DNA of 64,000 bases from Chloroflexota bacterium (GTDB taxonomy: Bacteria; Chloroflexota; Limnocylindria; Limnocylindrales; CSP1-4), in assembly GCA_045804645.1 (NCBI GenBank), contig JBJMMR010000006.1:19827-83826 (forward strand), read 5' to 3'. Each line of letters begins with the position of its first letter. Within the stretch, counting starts at the first letter, position 1. Position numbers and translations under genes: made by a program. Shown here in pieces: positions 19,829-28,745 of the stretch. Under the pieces are notes generated by a model. That model ran no database searches. It was given only the letters and a program-made list of their open reading frames with translations, and was not told where the DNA came from.

Positions 19829-20706
19829 CGGGCGATGACGTCCTCCCTCAGGTAGCGCTCGAAGCTGGCACCAGTGATCCGTTCGAAGGCGGCGACATAC
19901 CGCTCGCGCGTCCCCTCGACGATCCACTCCGGCAAGGCCGGACCAGGTGCACTCTTGTCCCAGGGCTGGGTCTCGAGCCAATCGCGTACGAACTGCTTGT
20001 CGAAGCTCGCCTGCGGTCGACCCGGCTCGTAGATGGATGCGTCCCAGAAGCGCGACGAATCGGGCGTGAGCACTTCATCGATGAGCACGAGCTCGTTCGT
20101 CCCCGGTCGCAACCCGAACTCGAACTTCGTATCGGCGATCAGGATACCGGCGCGGGCGGCCACGCCGATCGCCGCCGCATAGAGGTCCAATGCCGCGCGT
20201 CGCACTCGGCGCGCGAGATCCCGGCCCAGTGTTCCTTCCATCACCTCGAACGACACGTTCTCGTCGTGGGCGCCCTGCTCGGCCTTCGTCGCCGGCGTGA
20301 AGATCGGCTCGGGCAGGCGTTCGCTCTCGCGCAGGCCGCGCGGCAGCCGGATGCCGCAGACGTGGCCCGTCGCGACGTAGCCCTTCCAGCCGGAGCCCGC
20401 GAGGAACCCGCGCACGACGGCCTCGAACGGGATGACATCGACGCGCTCGACGATCATCGAGCGCCCGCGGAGTGCCGGGTCGTCCACGGCGACCGAGCGC
20501 AGATGGTTCGGGAGGATCCCGGCGGTCTCGGCGAACCAGAACCGCGATAGGCCGGTCAGGATCCGCCCCTTGTCAGGGATGTCTGTCGGAAGGACGACAT
20601 CGAACGCGCTGATCCGGTCCGACGCGACCAGCAGCAGGCGACCGTCGGGGAGGTCGTACAGGTCGCGGACCTTGCCCGATCGGACGAACCGATCAGCCGT
20701 CAACAT
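19825..20706 (-). CDS. purC: SAICAR synthetase
   Basis: ..[23 protein letters not shown].., ..[10 protein letters not shown].. Confidence 0.94.
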   Translation of the reverse strand: MLTADRFVRSGKVRDLYDLPDGRLLLVASDRISAFDVVLPTDIPDKGRILTGLSRFWFAETAGILPNHLRSVAVDDPALRGRSMIVERVDVIPFEAVVRGFLAGSGWKGYVATGHVCGIRLPRGLRESERLPEPIFTPATKAEQGAHDENVSFEVMEGTLGRDLARRVRRAALDLYAAAIGVAARAGILIADTKFEFGLRPGTNELVLIDEVLTPDSSRFWDASIYEPGRPQASFDKQFVRDWLETQPWDKSAPGPALPEWIVEGTRERYVAAFERITGASFERYLREDVIAR

Positions 20707-22039
20707 GCGTCGACTCCGTCGCCGGCTCCGGTGAGCGCCGCTCGAGCGCGTCGAGGCGCGCGATGACCACGTGGACGTTGCGCAGGAACGTCGCTTCGTC
20801 GAAGCAGGCGTCGAGGTCGGTCAGCGGCAACTTCTGCGCGACGACCGGGTCGACCGCCAGCAGGTCGCGCAACGGCGCGCGCTCGTCGGCGGCCCGCAGC
20901 GCCGCTCGCTGGACGATGGCATAGGCCTCGTCCCGGCCGACACCACCCTTTTCGACGAGCGCGACCAGTACGCGGCTGCTGGCATGGAGCCCGAGTCCGC
21001 GAGCGATGTTCTCGCGCATGCGCTCCGAGCGGACGACGAGCCCCTCGATGAGCGTGGTCATGCGGACGAGCATGTAGTCGAGCAGGATCGTGGCGTCCGG
21101 CAGGATCACCCGTTCCGCGCTCGAATGGCTGATGTCCCGTTCGTGCCACAGAGGCTGGTCCTCGAGCGCGGTCTGGGCATACCCGCGCAGGAGCCGGGCG
21201 AGGCCCGAGATCCGTTCAGCCAGGATCGGATTGCGCTTGTGGGGCATCGCGCTGGACCCCTTCTGGCCGACCTTGAACGGCTCCTGTACCTCGCCGATCT
21301 CGGTGTGCTGAAGGTTCCGGATCTCCGTGGCGATCCGCTCCAGGCTGCCGCCGAGGATCGCGATCGCCGTGAGCAGGGCCGCGTGGCGGTCGCGTTGCAC
21401 GATCTGGGTGCTGACCGGATCCGCGTGCAGGCCCAGGGCGGCGAGCACGTCCCGCTCGATCTCCGGGTCGAGGTGGCTGTACGTCCCGACCGGACCGGAG
21501 ATCTTGCCCGTGCCGATCTCGTCGACCGCCGCCGCAAGGCGGTGGCGACCACGATCGATCTCGAACGCCCAGCCGGCGACCTTCAGACCGAACGTGGTCG
21601 GTTCGGCGTGGACCGAGTGGGTGCGACCCATCATCGTCGTGTCCGCTTCGGCCCGTGCTCGCGCGACGAGGACGGCGATGAGACGGTCGGCGTCACCGAG
21701 GAGCCGGCTGCCGGCGGCGCGGAGCTGGAGCGCGAGGCCGGTATCGACGACGTCGCTGCTCGTCAGGCCAAGGTGGAGATAGCGCCCTTCCGGCCCGATG
21801 GACTCGGCGACCTGGCTGACGAAGGCGATGATGTCGTGGTCGGTCGTGCGCTCGATCTCGGCGATCCGATCGACGTCGATCGTCGCGCGGCTCTCCATCG
21901 CCGCGAGGGCGGCGGGCGGGATCAGGCCGCGAGCGGCTCGCGCGCGTGCGACCTCGAGCTCGACGCGCAGGATCTGCTCGAAGCGCGCCTGGTCGGACCA
22001 GATCGCGGCCATCTCGGGAAGCGTGTATCGACGGATCAC
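20693..22039 (-). CDS. purB: Adenylosuccinate lyase
   Basis: ..RYTLPEMAAIWS.. and the signature GSSAMPHKRNP are present. The GTG start overlaps the purD stop (GTGA). Confidence 0.95.
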   Translation of the reverse strand: MIRRYTLPEMAAIWSDQARFEQILRVELEVARARAARGLIPPAALAAMESRATIDVDRIAEIERTTDHDIIAFVSQVAESIGPEGRYLHLGLTSSDVVDTGLALQLRAAGSRLLGDADRLIAVLVARARAEADTTMMGRTHSVHAEPTTFGLKVAGWAFEIDRGRHRLAAAVDEIGTGKISGPVGTYSHLDPEIERDVLAALGLHADPVSTQIVQRDRHAALLTAIAILGGSLERIATEIRNLQHTEIGEVQEPFKVGQKGSSAMPHKRNPILAERISGLARLLRGYAQTALEDQPLWHERDISHSSAERVILPDATILLDYMLVRMTTLIEGLVVRSERMRENIARGLGLHASSRVLVALVEKGGVGRDEAYAIVQRAALRAADERAPLRDLLAVDPVVAQKLPLTDLDACFDEATFLRNVHVVIARLDALERRSPEPATESTHVDG

Positions 22040-23394
22040 CGCGTCGCCCCGACCGGTACGGCGCCGGACCCATACAGCGCCTGGAGACCGATGTCGCGCC
22101 GCCGCTGGAGCCCATCGAACGAGATCATCCCGGCGGCCATCTCGGCCTGATCACGCGCCGAGCCGAGGTCCGGCCCACGACCGACGACGGTCAGGACGCG
22201 ACCGCCCGCGGTGCGGTATCCGCCGTCGGCATCTCGCGCGGTGCCGGCGTGGAACACGAGTGCGCCTGAGGCGCGCGCGGCGTGCAGCCCCTCGATCGGA
22301 TCGCCCGGCCGCGGCGCGTCGGGATAGCCGGCGGCCGCCAGCACGACGCCGAGCGATGCGCCGGGGATCACGGGTATGCGATGACCGTCTACCCCGAGTG
22401 CCTTGATCGCCGCCTTGAGGCGACCCTTCGCAGCGGCAAGCAGGAGCGGCCCCAGAGGCGCGGCCAGGCGCGGCAGGATCACCTGCGTCTCGGGGTCGCC
22501 GAAGCGTGCGTTGCACTCGAGCAGGACGGGTCCGTCGGCGGTGAGCATGAGGCCGGCGTACAGGGCGCCACGGAACGGTGTACCGCGACGCGCCAACTCG
22601 GCGAGGATCGGTCGATGGAACCGCTCGACGAGATCGTCGGCGGCCTCGTCCGGTAGGTCCTCGAGGGGGCTGTACGCACCCATGCCGCCGGTATTGGGCC
22701 CCATGTCGAGATCGCCGAGCCGCTTGTGATCGCGCGCGAACGGTAACGCGAGCACGTCCTTGCCGTCGGTCAGCGCGATCAGGCTCGCCTCGCGTCCCTG
22801 GAGTCGTTCCTCGACGACGATCGCGCCCTCGGCGGCCAGCGCGTCGATAGCGGTGACCGCCTCGCCCATGTCGTCGCAGACGACGACGCCCTTGCCTGCG
22901 GCGAGGCCGTCGGCCTTGACGACGATCCCCCTGCCCTCCGCGGCGAGCTGCCGCGCGCATGCGAGGGCCGGGCCGCGCTCGCCGACGTCGAAGGCGGCCG
23001 ACCGTGCCATCGGGACGCGCGCAGCGATGGCAACCTCGTGGCAGAAGGCCTTGCTCGACTCGATGCGAGCGGCAGCCGCGGTCGGCCCGAACACCGCGAT
23101 CTTCTGCTTCTGGAGGGCGTCGACGACACCTGTGGCAAGGGGCGCCTCGGGCCCGACCACGACGAGCTCTGCGGCGATCGCCTTGGCGACGAACACGACG
23201 CGGTCGGCATCGAGCGGATCGACATCCTTGAGGGCGCGGACGCGTGGCTCGGCTCCGATGGCGTAACTACCGGGCGCGACGATGACTTCGTTCACGCCCG
23301 GCTCGACGCTCAGCTTCCAGGCAAGGGCATGCTCGCGAGCCCCGCTGCCCACGACCAGGATGCGCGTCGGCATGACGAGCCCACTGGCGGTCAT
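22036..23394 (-). CDS. purD: Phosphoribosylamine--glycine ligase (GAR synthetase). An alternative start at 23373 gives MPTRILVVGSG.
   Basis: ..RILVVGSGAREHALAWKL.., ..ADGLAAGKGV.., ..EERLQGRE.. The ATG at 23394 overlaps the purA stop (ATGA). Confidence 0.93.
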   Translation of the reverse strand: MTASGLVMPTRILVVGSGAREHALAWKLSVEPGVNEVIVAPGSYAIGAEPRVRALKDVDPLDADRVVFVAKAIAAELVVVGPEAPLATGVVDALQKQKIAVFGPTAAAARIESSKAFCHEVAIAARVPMARSAAFDVGERGPALACARQLAAEGRGIVVKADGLAAGKGVVVCDDMGEAVTAIDALAAEGAIVVEERLQGREASLIALTDGKDVLALPFARDHKRLGDLDMGPNTGGMGAYSPLEDLPDEAADDLVERFHRPILAELARRGTPFRGALYAGLMLTADGPVLLECNARFGDPETQVILPRLAAPLGPLLLAAAKGRLKAAIKALGVDGHRIPVIPGASLGVVLAAAGYPDAPRPGDPIEGLHAARASGALVFHAGTARDADGGYRTAGGRVLTVVGRGPDLGSARDQAEMAAGMISFDGLQRRRDIGLQALYGSGAVPVGATR

Positions 23395-24698
23395 GCCGGG
23401 ACCGCCGGGCGCTGGCGCATCGATCGCCAGGCGCGCTCGATCGTCTGCGTCCGTTCGGGCCCGACCGAGACGAGGACGATGGGCACTCCAGCGTGTTCCT
23501 CGAGTGCCGTCACGTAGCGGCGGGCGTTCTCGGGAAGGTCGGTCAGCGATCGGACGTCGTGGATCGGTTCGGACCAGCCGGGGAACTCGTCATAGATCGG
23601 GACGGCGCGTGCAAGGGCCGCACCACTCGACGGCCACGCGTCGACGCGCCGTCCGTCGATCTCGTAGGCGACGCAGATCCGGAGCCGTTCGATACCGGAG
23701 AGGATGTCGAGCTTGTTGAGCATGATCGAGGTGACGCTGTTGACCGCCACGGCATACCGGAGCGGGACCGCGTCGAACCAGCCCACCCGTCGTGGTCGCC
23801 CGGTGACGGTCCCGTATTCGTTGCCGCGCTCCGCGATGCCATGCCCGATCCCGTCGAGCAGCTCCGTCGGATACGGACCGGACCCGACACGCGTGGAGTA
23901 CGCCTTCATCACCCCGATGACCTCGTCGACCTGGAGGGGGCCGATCCCGCCGCCGGTACACGCGCCGCCGGCGACCGGGTTCGAGGAGGTGACGAACGGA
24001 TAACTGCCGTGGTCGAGATCGAGCAAGGTGCCCTGCGCACCTTCGAGGAGCACATGCTCGCCACGTTTGAGTGCGCCCTGGACGAGCCAGGTCGTATCGT
24101 CGAGGTGGTCGCGCAGCCGCTCGCCCCAACCGAGCGCCTGGTCGACCAGCGCATCCACTTCGAACTCCGGTTGGCCCATCGACCCCAGGATGAGGTTCTT
24201 GTCCGGGACGACCCGTCCGAGCCGATCTCGCAGGACGCTTTCGTCGAGGAGATCTTCCATGCGGAGGCCGAGCCGCCACGCGCGATCGGCGTACGTCGGC
24301 CCGATCCCGCGTCCGGTCGTACCGACGGCCGCTCCCGCGAGGCGCGCCTCGTTCCCGCGGTCGAGCGCCACGTGGTACGGCATGATCACGTGCGCGCTGC
24401 GACTGACGCGCACGCGACGGACATCGATCCCGCGGCCGGTGAGCATGTCGAGCTCGTCGATCAGCGTGGTCGGGTTCACGACCACGCCGCTGCCGATCAC
24501 CGATGTCATGTGCGGATACAGCACCCCCGACGGGGTGAGCCGCAGCTTGAACACCTCGTCGCCCAAGACCACCGTGTGGCCCGCGTTGTCACCGCCCTGG
24601 TAGCGGACGACCATCGACGTCTGCTCGGCAAGGAAGTCGGTCGTCTTGCCCTTGCCCTCATCGCCCCATTGAAGGCCGACGATCACCGTGGCAGGCAT
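23391..24698 (-). CDS. purA: Adenylosuccinate synthetase
   Basis: MPATVIVGLQWGDEGKGKTTDFLAE..GGDNAGHTV.., ..GTTGRGIGP.. Confidence 0.96.
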   Translation of the reverse strand: MPATVIVGLQWGDEGKGKTTDFLAEQTSMVVRYQGGDNAGHTVVLGDEVFKLRLTPSGVLYPHMTSVIGSGVVVNPTTLIDELDMLTGRGIDVRRVRVSRSAHVIMPYHVALDRGNEARLAGAAVGTTGRGIGPTYADRAWRLGLRMEDLLDESVLRDRLGRVVPDKNLILGSMGQPEFEVDALVDQALGWGERLRDHLDDTTWLVQGALKRGEHVLLEGAQGTLLDLDHGSYPFVTSSNPVAGGACTGGGIGPLQVDEVIGVMKAYSTRVGSGPYPTELLDGIGHGIAERGNEYGTVTGRPRRVGWFDAVPLRYAVAVNSVTSIMLNKLDILSGIERLRICVAYEIDGRRVDAWPSSGAALARAVPIYDEFPGWSEPIHDVRSLTDLPENARRYVTALEEHAGVPIVLVSVGPERTQTIERAWRSMRQRPAVPA

Positions 24699-24745
24699 CA
24701 GTTGCCGCGCGGTGTTCGTGCGATGGAGGCCATCCTCCGCCGCCC

Positions 24746-24880
24746 AAAGAAAAAGGCCCCGACCCGCGGGCCTGGGACCTGGTTAGACCTCTCCCGTGTA
24801 GCGCCACCGACGCGGCGGTGGAACGCTGTCCGGAGGTCGCCCGACCGCCTCACGGGACGGCCGATGCGCCCTAGTCGCGC
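24746..24880 (-). promoter_or_regulatory. Structured purA leader ending in a terminator-like hairpin plus U-tract. This is a candidate riboswitch or attenuator, with loose resemblance to the ykkC-type architecture.
   Basis: The minus strand reads ..ACTAGGGCGC..GACCTCCGGACAG-CGTT-CCACCG(ccgcgt)CGGTGG-CGCTACACGGGAGAGG..AGGCCC(gcgggtcg)GGGCCTTTTTCTTT, about 50 nt before the purA ATG. The order of the CUAGGG / CCG.A.AG / ACACGG.G.G / GCCCG.GGG blocks recalls ykkC RNAs. Confidence 0.35.
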
Positions 24881-24935
24881 GATCGTTGACCTCCTGTCCA
24901 CGGGGGTGGACCCGTTTGCGGTCGAGGACGCGGGG

Positions 24936-24941
24936 AGTATA
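24936..24941 (-). promoter_or_regulatory. Possible -10 box TATACT for the pur operon, in a region divergent from the GGDEF gene
   Basis: TATACT is the only good TAnnnT hexamer on the minus strand of the 280-nt intergenic region. No convincing -35 box is present. Confidence 0.3.
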
Positions 24942-24978
24942 GCAGCGGGTCCGGTGTCGACGGGGGCAGCCACCACTC

Positions 24979-26868
24979 GTGGTGCCGTACGGGGTACCAC
25001 CGTTGTCGTCGCTCGGTACCACCGGTCGGGTCAACGCGGACGCCGCCGGACGCAGACTTTCACGCGTGACGCGTCTTATCGCGATCCTGGCTCTCGGCGG
25101 CGCCGTCGGGATCGGGCTCCTGCTCATGTTCGTCCCCGACACGGTGTCGACCTGGCTACCAGCACCGATCCGGCTGGTGGTGTCGGCGATCGCCGCCTCG
25201 ATCATGGGGGTCGCGCTGACATCGGTCGTCGTGCGCTCGCATTTTGCGTACCGCTATGGATACTTGATCAAAGCCGCCGAGCGCCTGGCGGCGGGTGACT
25301 ACTCCGGATACGTCGAGCCGCAGGGAACCGCGCAGGAGCGGCGTTTCGCGCGAGCCATCAACGACATCGCGACGGCATTGGTCGATACGCACGATCGGGC
25401 GACGTACGACCGGCTCACGGGTGTCGCCAACCGCCAGTCGTTGCTCGCCGCGTTGTTCAACGAGGTCGAACGAGCGACCCGCTACGGCCGCCCGCTGTCG
25501 GTGGCGTTCGTCGACATCGACCACTTCAAATCGGTCAACGACACGTACGGCCACGCTGTCGGCGACGTCGTGCTTCGGGGTGTCGCTCAGACGATCGCCG
25601 AGAGCCTCCGAGCGTCTGACATGATCGGCCGCTACGGTGGCGAGGAATTCATGCTTATCCTGACCGAGACCGACGTCGAGGAGGGCTCGGTCCTGACCGA
25701 GAAGCTGCGCGCGGTCGTGGGCCGTCAGCGCTTCTCGATCGAGGGCGCGCCGGAGATCGCGGTCACGATCTCGATCGGCATCGCGGGTGGCGTCGGCACC
25801 AAGTTGCGGATGGAGAACCTCGTCCGCGACGCCGACGCCGCGATGTATTCGGCGAAGTCGCTCGGCCGGAACCAGACGTATATCTTCGCCGAGCCCGACG
25901 ACGATGCGCGCGTCCCGCGTGCGCCCATCTCGGCCGCGGGACGAGCCCGCGCGGTCGAGATCGGCCAGCGCGCCCGAGATGCCGCGACCGCCGCACTCGC
26001 ATCGGTCCTCGCGCCGATGCCGCATTACCGCGGCCAGCCCTCACCGCTCATCGCTTCGATCGTCGTCACGCTCGGCCGCCAGCTCCAGCTGTCGGACACC
26101 GAGATCGATCGGCTGCGCGTCGCGGCGCTGCTGCATGACGTGGGCAAGATCGCGGTACCCGAGGAGATCCTCGAGAAGCCGACGTCGTTGACGACGTCAG
26201 AGTGGCGGGCCGTCGTCCAGCACCCGCGCATCGGGCAGGTGATCCTCGAGCAAGCTGCGGCACTCAAGGACGCGGTGCCGATCATCCTCCACCACCACGA
26301 GCGCTACGCGGGCCACGGCTACCCGTTCGGACTGCGTGCGCACGAAATCCCGCTCGGCGCGCGGATCGTCGCGATCGCTGACGCGTACGACGCGATGACC
26401 AACGACCGGCCGTACAAACGGGCGATCACCCATGAACAGGCGATCTCGGAGCTGCGTAGGCACGCGGGAACGCAGTTCGATCCCGAGCTCGTCGAGCTCT
26501 TCTGCGATCTGTACGCCGACCACGCACCGGAGCCGGACCAGACGGTGCTCGCCATGGGCGCCGCCGATCAGGCCCATAGGAACCCGCCGCTGATCGTGCC
26601 CGACAGCGCGCGGGCGCGACCAGCCGCCCGAAAGCGCCGGGTCAACGGGGAGCGGCCGCAGAGCGCGAGCTTCGGGGCCGATGGTTCGGCGCGTGCCAGC
26701 GAGGCGGCCGCGGCCGCGCCCGTCCCCCAGTCGCGGACTATGGCGTCCGACGGCTCGCTCGGCCTGGCGCCTCCGGTGACGCAGGTGATCCCGACGTTCC
26801 CGACGGTCCCACCCTCGTCGCCACGGTCGACGTCACGCGGACGTCGCTCCGACTCCGCCGCGGGCTGA
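24979..26868 (+). CDS. Membrane-anchored GGDEF diguanylate cyclase fused to an HD-GYP phosphodiesterase domain. The start is uncertain; a GTG at 25067 is also possible.
   Basis: There are two N-terminal TM helices. The I-site RASD sits 5 aa before the active-site GGEEF ([14 protein letters not shown]). HD-GYP part: [38 protein letters not shown]. The C-terminus is a ~120-aa low-complexity tail. Confidence 0.88.
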   Translation: MVPYGVPPLSSLGTTGRVNADAAGRRLSRVTRLIAILALGGAVGIGLLLMFVPDTVSTWLPAPIRLVVSAIAASIMGVALTSVVVRSHFAYRYGYLIKAAERLAAGDYSGYVEPQGTAQERRFARAINDIATALVDTHDRATYDRLTGVANRQSLLAALFNEVERATRYGRPLSVAFVDIDHFKSVNDTYGHAVGDVVLRGVAQTIAESLRASDMIGRYGGEEFMLILTETDVEEGSVLTEKLRAVVGRQRFSIEGAPEIAVTISIGIAGGVGTKLRMENLVRDADAAMYSAKSLGRNQTYIFAEPDDDARVPRAPISAAGRARAVEIGQRARDAATAALASVLAPMPHYRGQPSPLIASIVVTLGRQLQLSDTEIDRLRVAALLHDVGKIAVPEEILEKPTSLTTSEWRAVVQHPRIGQVILEQAAALKDAVPIILHHHERYAGHGYPFGLRAHEIPLGARIVAIADAYDAMTNDRPYKRAITHEQAISELRRHAGTQFDPELVELFCDLYADHAPEPDQTVLAMGAADQAHRNPPLIVPDSARARPAARKRRVNGERPQSASFGADGSARASEAAAAAPVPQSRTMASDGSLGLAPPVTQVIPTFPTVPPSSPRSTSRGRRSDSAAG

Positions 26869-27041
26869 TCCCAGTCGCGGGCTGATTCGCCGCCCGGAGG
26901 TCGTCCTCGTCAGTCGAGCGAGCGGCGGGTAAGCGGCCGATACGTGACAGTGCAGAGCCCCTCGCTAGCGTCCGGCTGACACCCCGCCGTAACGCAGGGT
27001 CGGGACCGGAGCATCCGGCCGACCGGGAAGGAGATCCGACC

Positions 27042-27518
27042 GTGAACAAGGTCTTTCTCACGGGTCGCCTGACGCGGGACCCCGAGATGCGCAGCCTCGC
27101 GAGCGGGAAGAACGTCACGACCTTCACCGTGGCGAGCAACGAGTACCTCAGCGGCGGCCGGGAGAAGGCCGAGTACGCGAACGTCGTGACCTGGGACCGC
27201 CTCGCCGAGATCGCGGGCACGTATCTCGGGAAGGGCCAGCAGGTCGCGGTCGAGGGCCGACTCCAGACGCGATCATGGGATGACGAGCGGGGCACGCGGC
27301 ACTGGAAGACAGAGGTCGTCGCGTCCCACGTTGAGATGCTCTCCGGCCGCCGCAAGAAGGACTACGAGGCGCAGCAGGCCGCCGACTCCCTGGTCGCCCA
27401 GGCCGAGCGGTACGGCGAGGCGCCGCCCACCGAGCCGATCCCGGAGAGCGCTGAGCCCCTTGTCGACGAGGACGGCGAGCTCGGGGACGACGACGAGGCC
27501 GAGGGCGCCGCGGCCTGA
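27042..27518 (+). CDS. ssb: Single-stranded DNA-binding protein (158 aa), GTG start
   Basis: OB-fold: MNKVFLTGRLTRDPEMR..VVTWDRLAEIAGTYLGKGQQVAVEGRLQTRSWDD. The tail is acidic. GAAGGAG lies 8-9 nt upstream of the GTG. Confidence 0.9.
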   Translation: MNKVFLTGRLTRDPEMRSLASGKNVTTFTVASNEYLSGGREKAEYANVVTWDRLAEIAGTYLGKGQQVAVEGRLQTRSWDDERGTRHWKTEVVASHVEMLSGRRKKDYEAQQAADSLVAQAERYGEAPPTEPIPESAEPLVDEDGELGDDDEAEGAAA

Positions 27519-27539
27519 CGCTGACTTCCCTCCTCCCCC

Positions 27540-27577
27540 GCGGCGGCGACGCGTTCCCCCTCCCGCGTCGTCGCCGC
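27540..27577. terminator. 14-bp stem (one mismatch) / 10-nt loop hairpin between the convergent ssb and cax genes
   Basis: GCGGCGGCGACGCG-ttccccctcc-CGCGTCGTCGCCGC. There is no U-tract on either strand. Confidence 0.45.
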
Positions 27578-27593
27578 GTCATCTCGATGGCCG

Positions 27594-28733
27594 TCAGGCC
27601 GGCTTCACCTCGAAGAACGAGATCGCCAGGATGATGTAGACGAGCGTGAGGAGTGCGCCCTCGAGCCAGTTCGATTCGCCGTCGAGCGCGATGAGCGCGC
27701 TGATCCCCACCGCCGCTGCCACGGCTGCCACCTCGAGCGGTGTGAAGACGAGGTCCATGGGCTGGCCGAGGATCGCGCCGACGATGACCAGGACCGGGGC
27801 GACGAAGAGCGCGACCTGGAGGCTCGAGCCGAAGCTCACGGCCATCGCGAACTCCATCTTGTCCTTCGCCGCGAGCTGCACCGCCACGAGATGCTCCGCG
27901 AGGTTGCCGATCGTCGGAACGAGCACGACGCCGACGAAGAACGCGGAGAGTCCGAAGGACTCGATGAACGTCTCGATCGAGTCGACGAGGATCTCGGACA
28001 GGACAGCGAGCAAGACCGCCGCGACGATCAGGACGATGATCGCCGTCCGCATCGCCCAGGCCGGGCCGCCGTGGCCTGCCGCTTCGCCACTGCCGCCCAG
28101 CGTCTCGTCGGGATTGGTGAACTGGTACACGAGCGACAGGACGTACCCGGCGATGAGCGCGAAGGCGATGAGGACGGACTCCTCGGTGAGCGTCCCCTGC
28201 GCCGGATGGCCGGTCGTGAACGCGAAGACCGCCGGCACGAACAGGCCGATGACGGCGAGCACGAGGAGCGACGCGTTCGACGACGCGACCCGCGCGCTGA
28301 ACGTCTGGATCCCGTGGCGCAGCCCACCGACGAGGATGCTCGCCCCCAGGACGAGAAGCAGGTTGCCGATGATCGACCCGGTCAACGACGCCTTCACGAC
28401 CTCGATCAGTCCGGCCTGCAGGGCGAAGAACGCGATGATCAGCTCGGCGATGTTGCCGAACGTCGCGTTCAGGATCCCACCCACCCGCGGGCCCGTCAGC
28501 GACCCGAGCCGCTCGGTCGATAGCCCGACGACCCACGCGAGCCCGAGGATCGCGACCGCCGATACGATGAAGACGACGTTCTTGTCGGCGTGGACGCCGA
28601 AGTCGAGCGCGATGCCGAGCGCGCTCATGAGCAGCGTCGCGATCAGCGCGACACGGCTTGTCGGGGAGAGCTTGTCGAGGACGGGTAGGCCTCGTCCGAC
28701 CGAGGGTGGGACCGGCGAGCTGTGAGCCGTCAT
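27594..28733 (-). CDS. cax: Ca2+/H+ antiporter, CaCA/CAX family
   Basis: There are two alpha-repeat signatures: GNIAELIIAFFALQAG and GNLAEHLVAVQLAAK. About 10-11 hydrophobic helices are present. Confidence 0.88.
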   Translation of the reverse strand: MTAHSSPVPPSVGRGLPVLDKLSPTSRVALIATLLMSALGIALDFGVHADKNVVFIVSAVAILGLAWVVGLSTERLGSLTGPRVGGILNATFGNIAELIIAFFALQAGLIEVVKASLTGSIIGNLLLVLGASILVGGLRHGIQTFSARVASSNASLLVLAVIGLFVPAVFAFTTGHPAQGTLTEESVLIAFALIAGYVLSLVYQFTNPDETLGGSGEAAGHGGPAWAMRTAIIVLIVAAVLLAVLSEILVDSIETFIESFGLSAFFVGVVLVPTIGNLAEHLVAVQLAAKDKMEFAMAVSFGSSLQVALFVAPVLVIVGAILGQPMDLVFTPLEVAAVAAAVGISALIALDGESNWLEGALLTLVYIILAISFFEVKPA

Positions 28734-28739
28734 CGCCGC

Positions 28740-28745
28740 ATCCTA
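28740..28745 (-). promoter_or_regulatory. -10-like hexamer TAGGAT, 6 nt upstream of the cax ATG (leaderless arrangement). It contains the rbsK stop codon.
   Basis: The minus strand reads TAGGAT-gcggcg-ATG. The TAG of the hexamer is the ribokinase stop codon at 28743..28745. Confidence 0.45.

Noticed and set aside
24699-24978. ZTP (pfl) or guanine/adenine riboswitch in the purA leader.
   Set aside because: The ZTP hallmarks (GGGUCGUGACUGGCG.. and the 3' CCGCCUGGGC) and the purine-riboswitch three-way-junction core (..UAUA..UGG..CCGUAAA..) are absent. Only a looser ykkC-like block order was seen, and that is reported as a low-confidence candidate.
26869-27041. SOS (LexA) operator upstream of ssb, and likewise upstream of pcrA (3181..3300).
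   Set aside because: Neither TCGAAC-N4-GTTCGA nor a CGAAC-N4-GTTC(G/C) Cheo-type box is present in either region.
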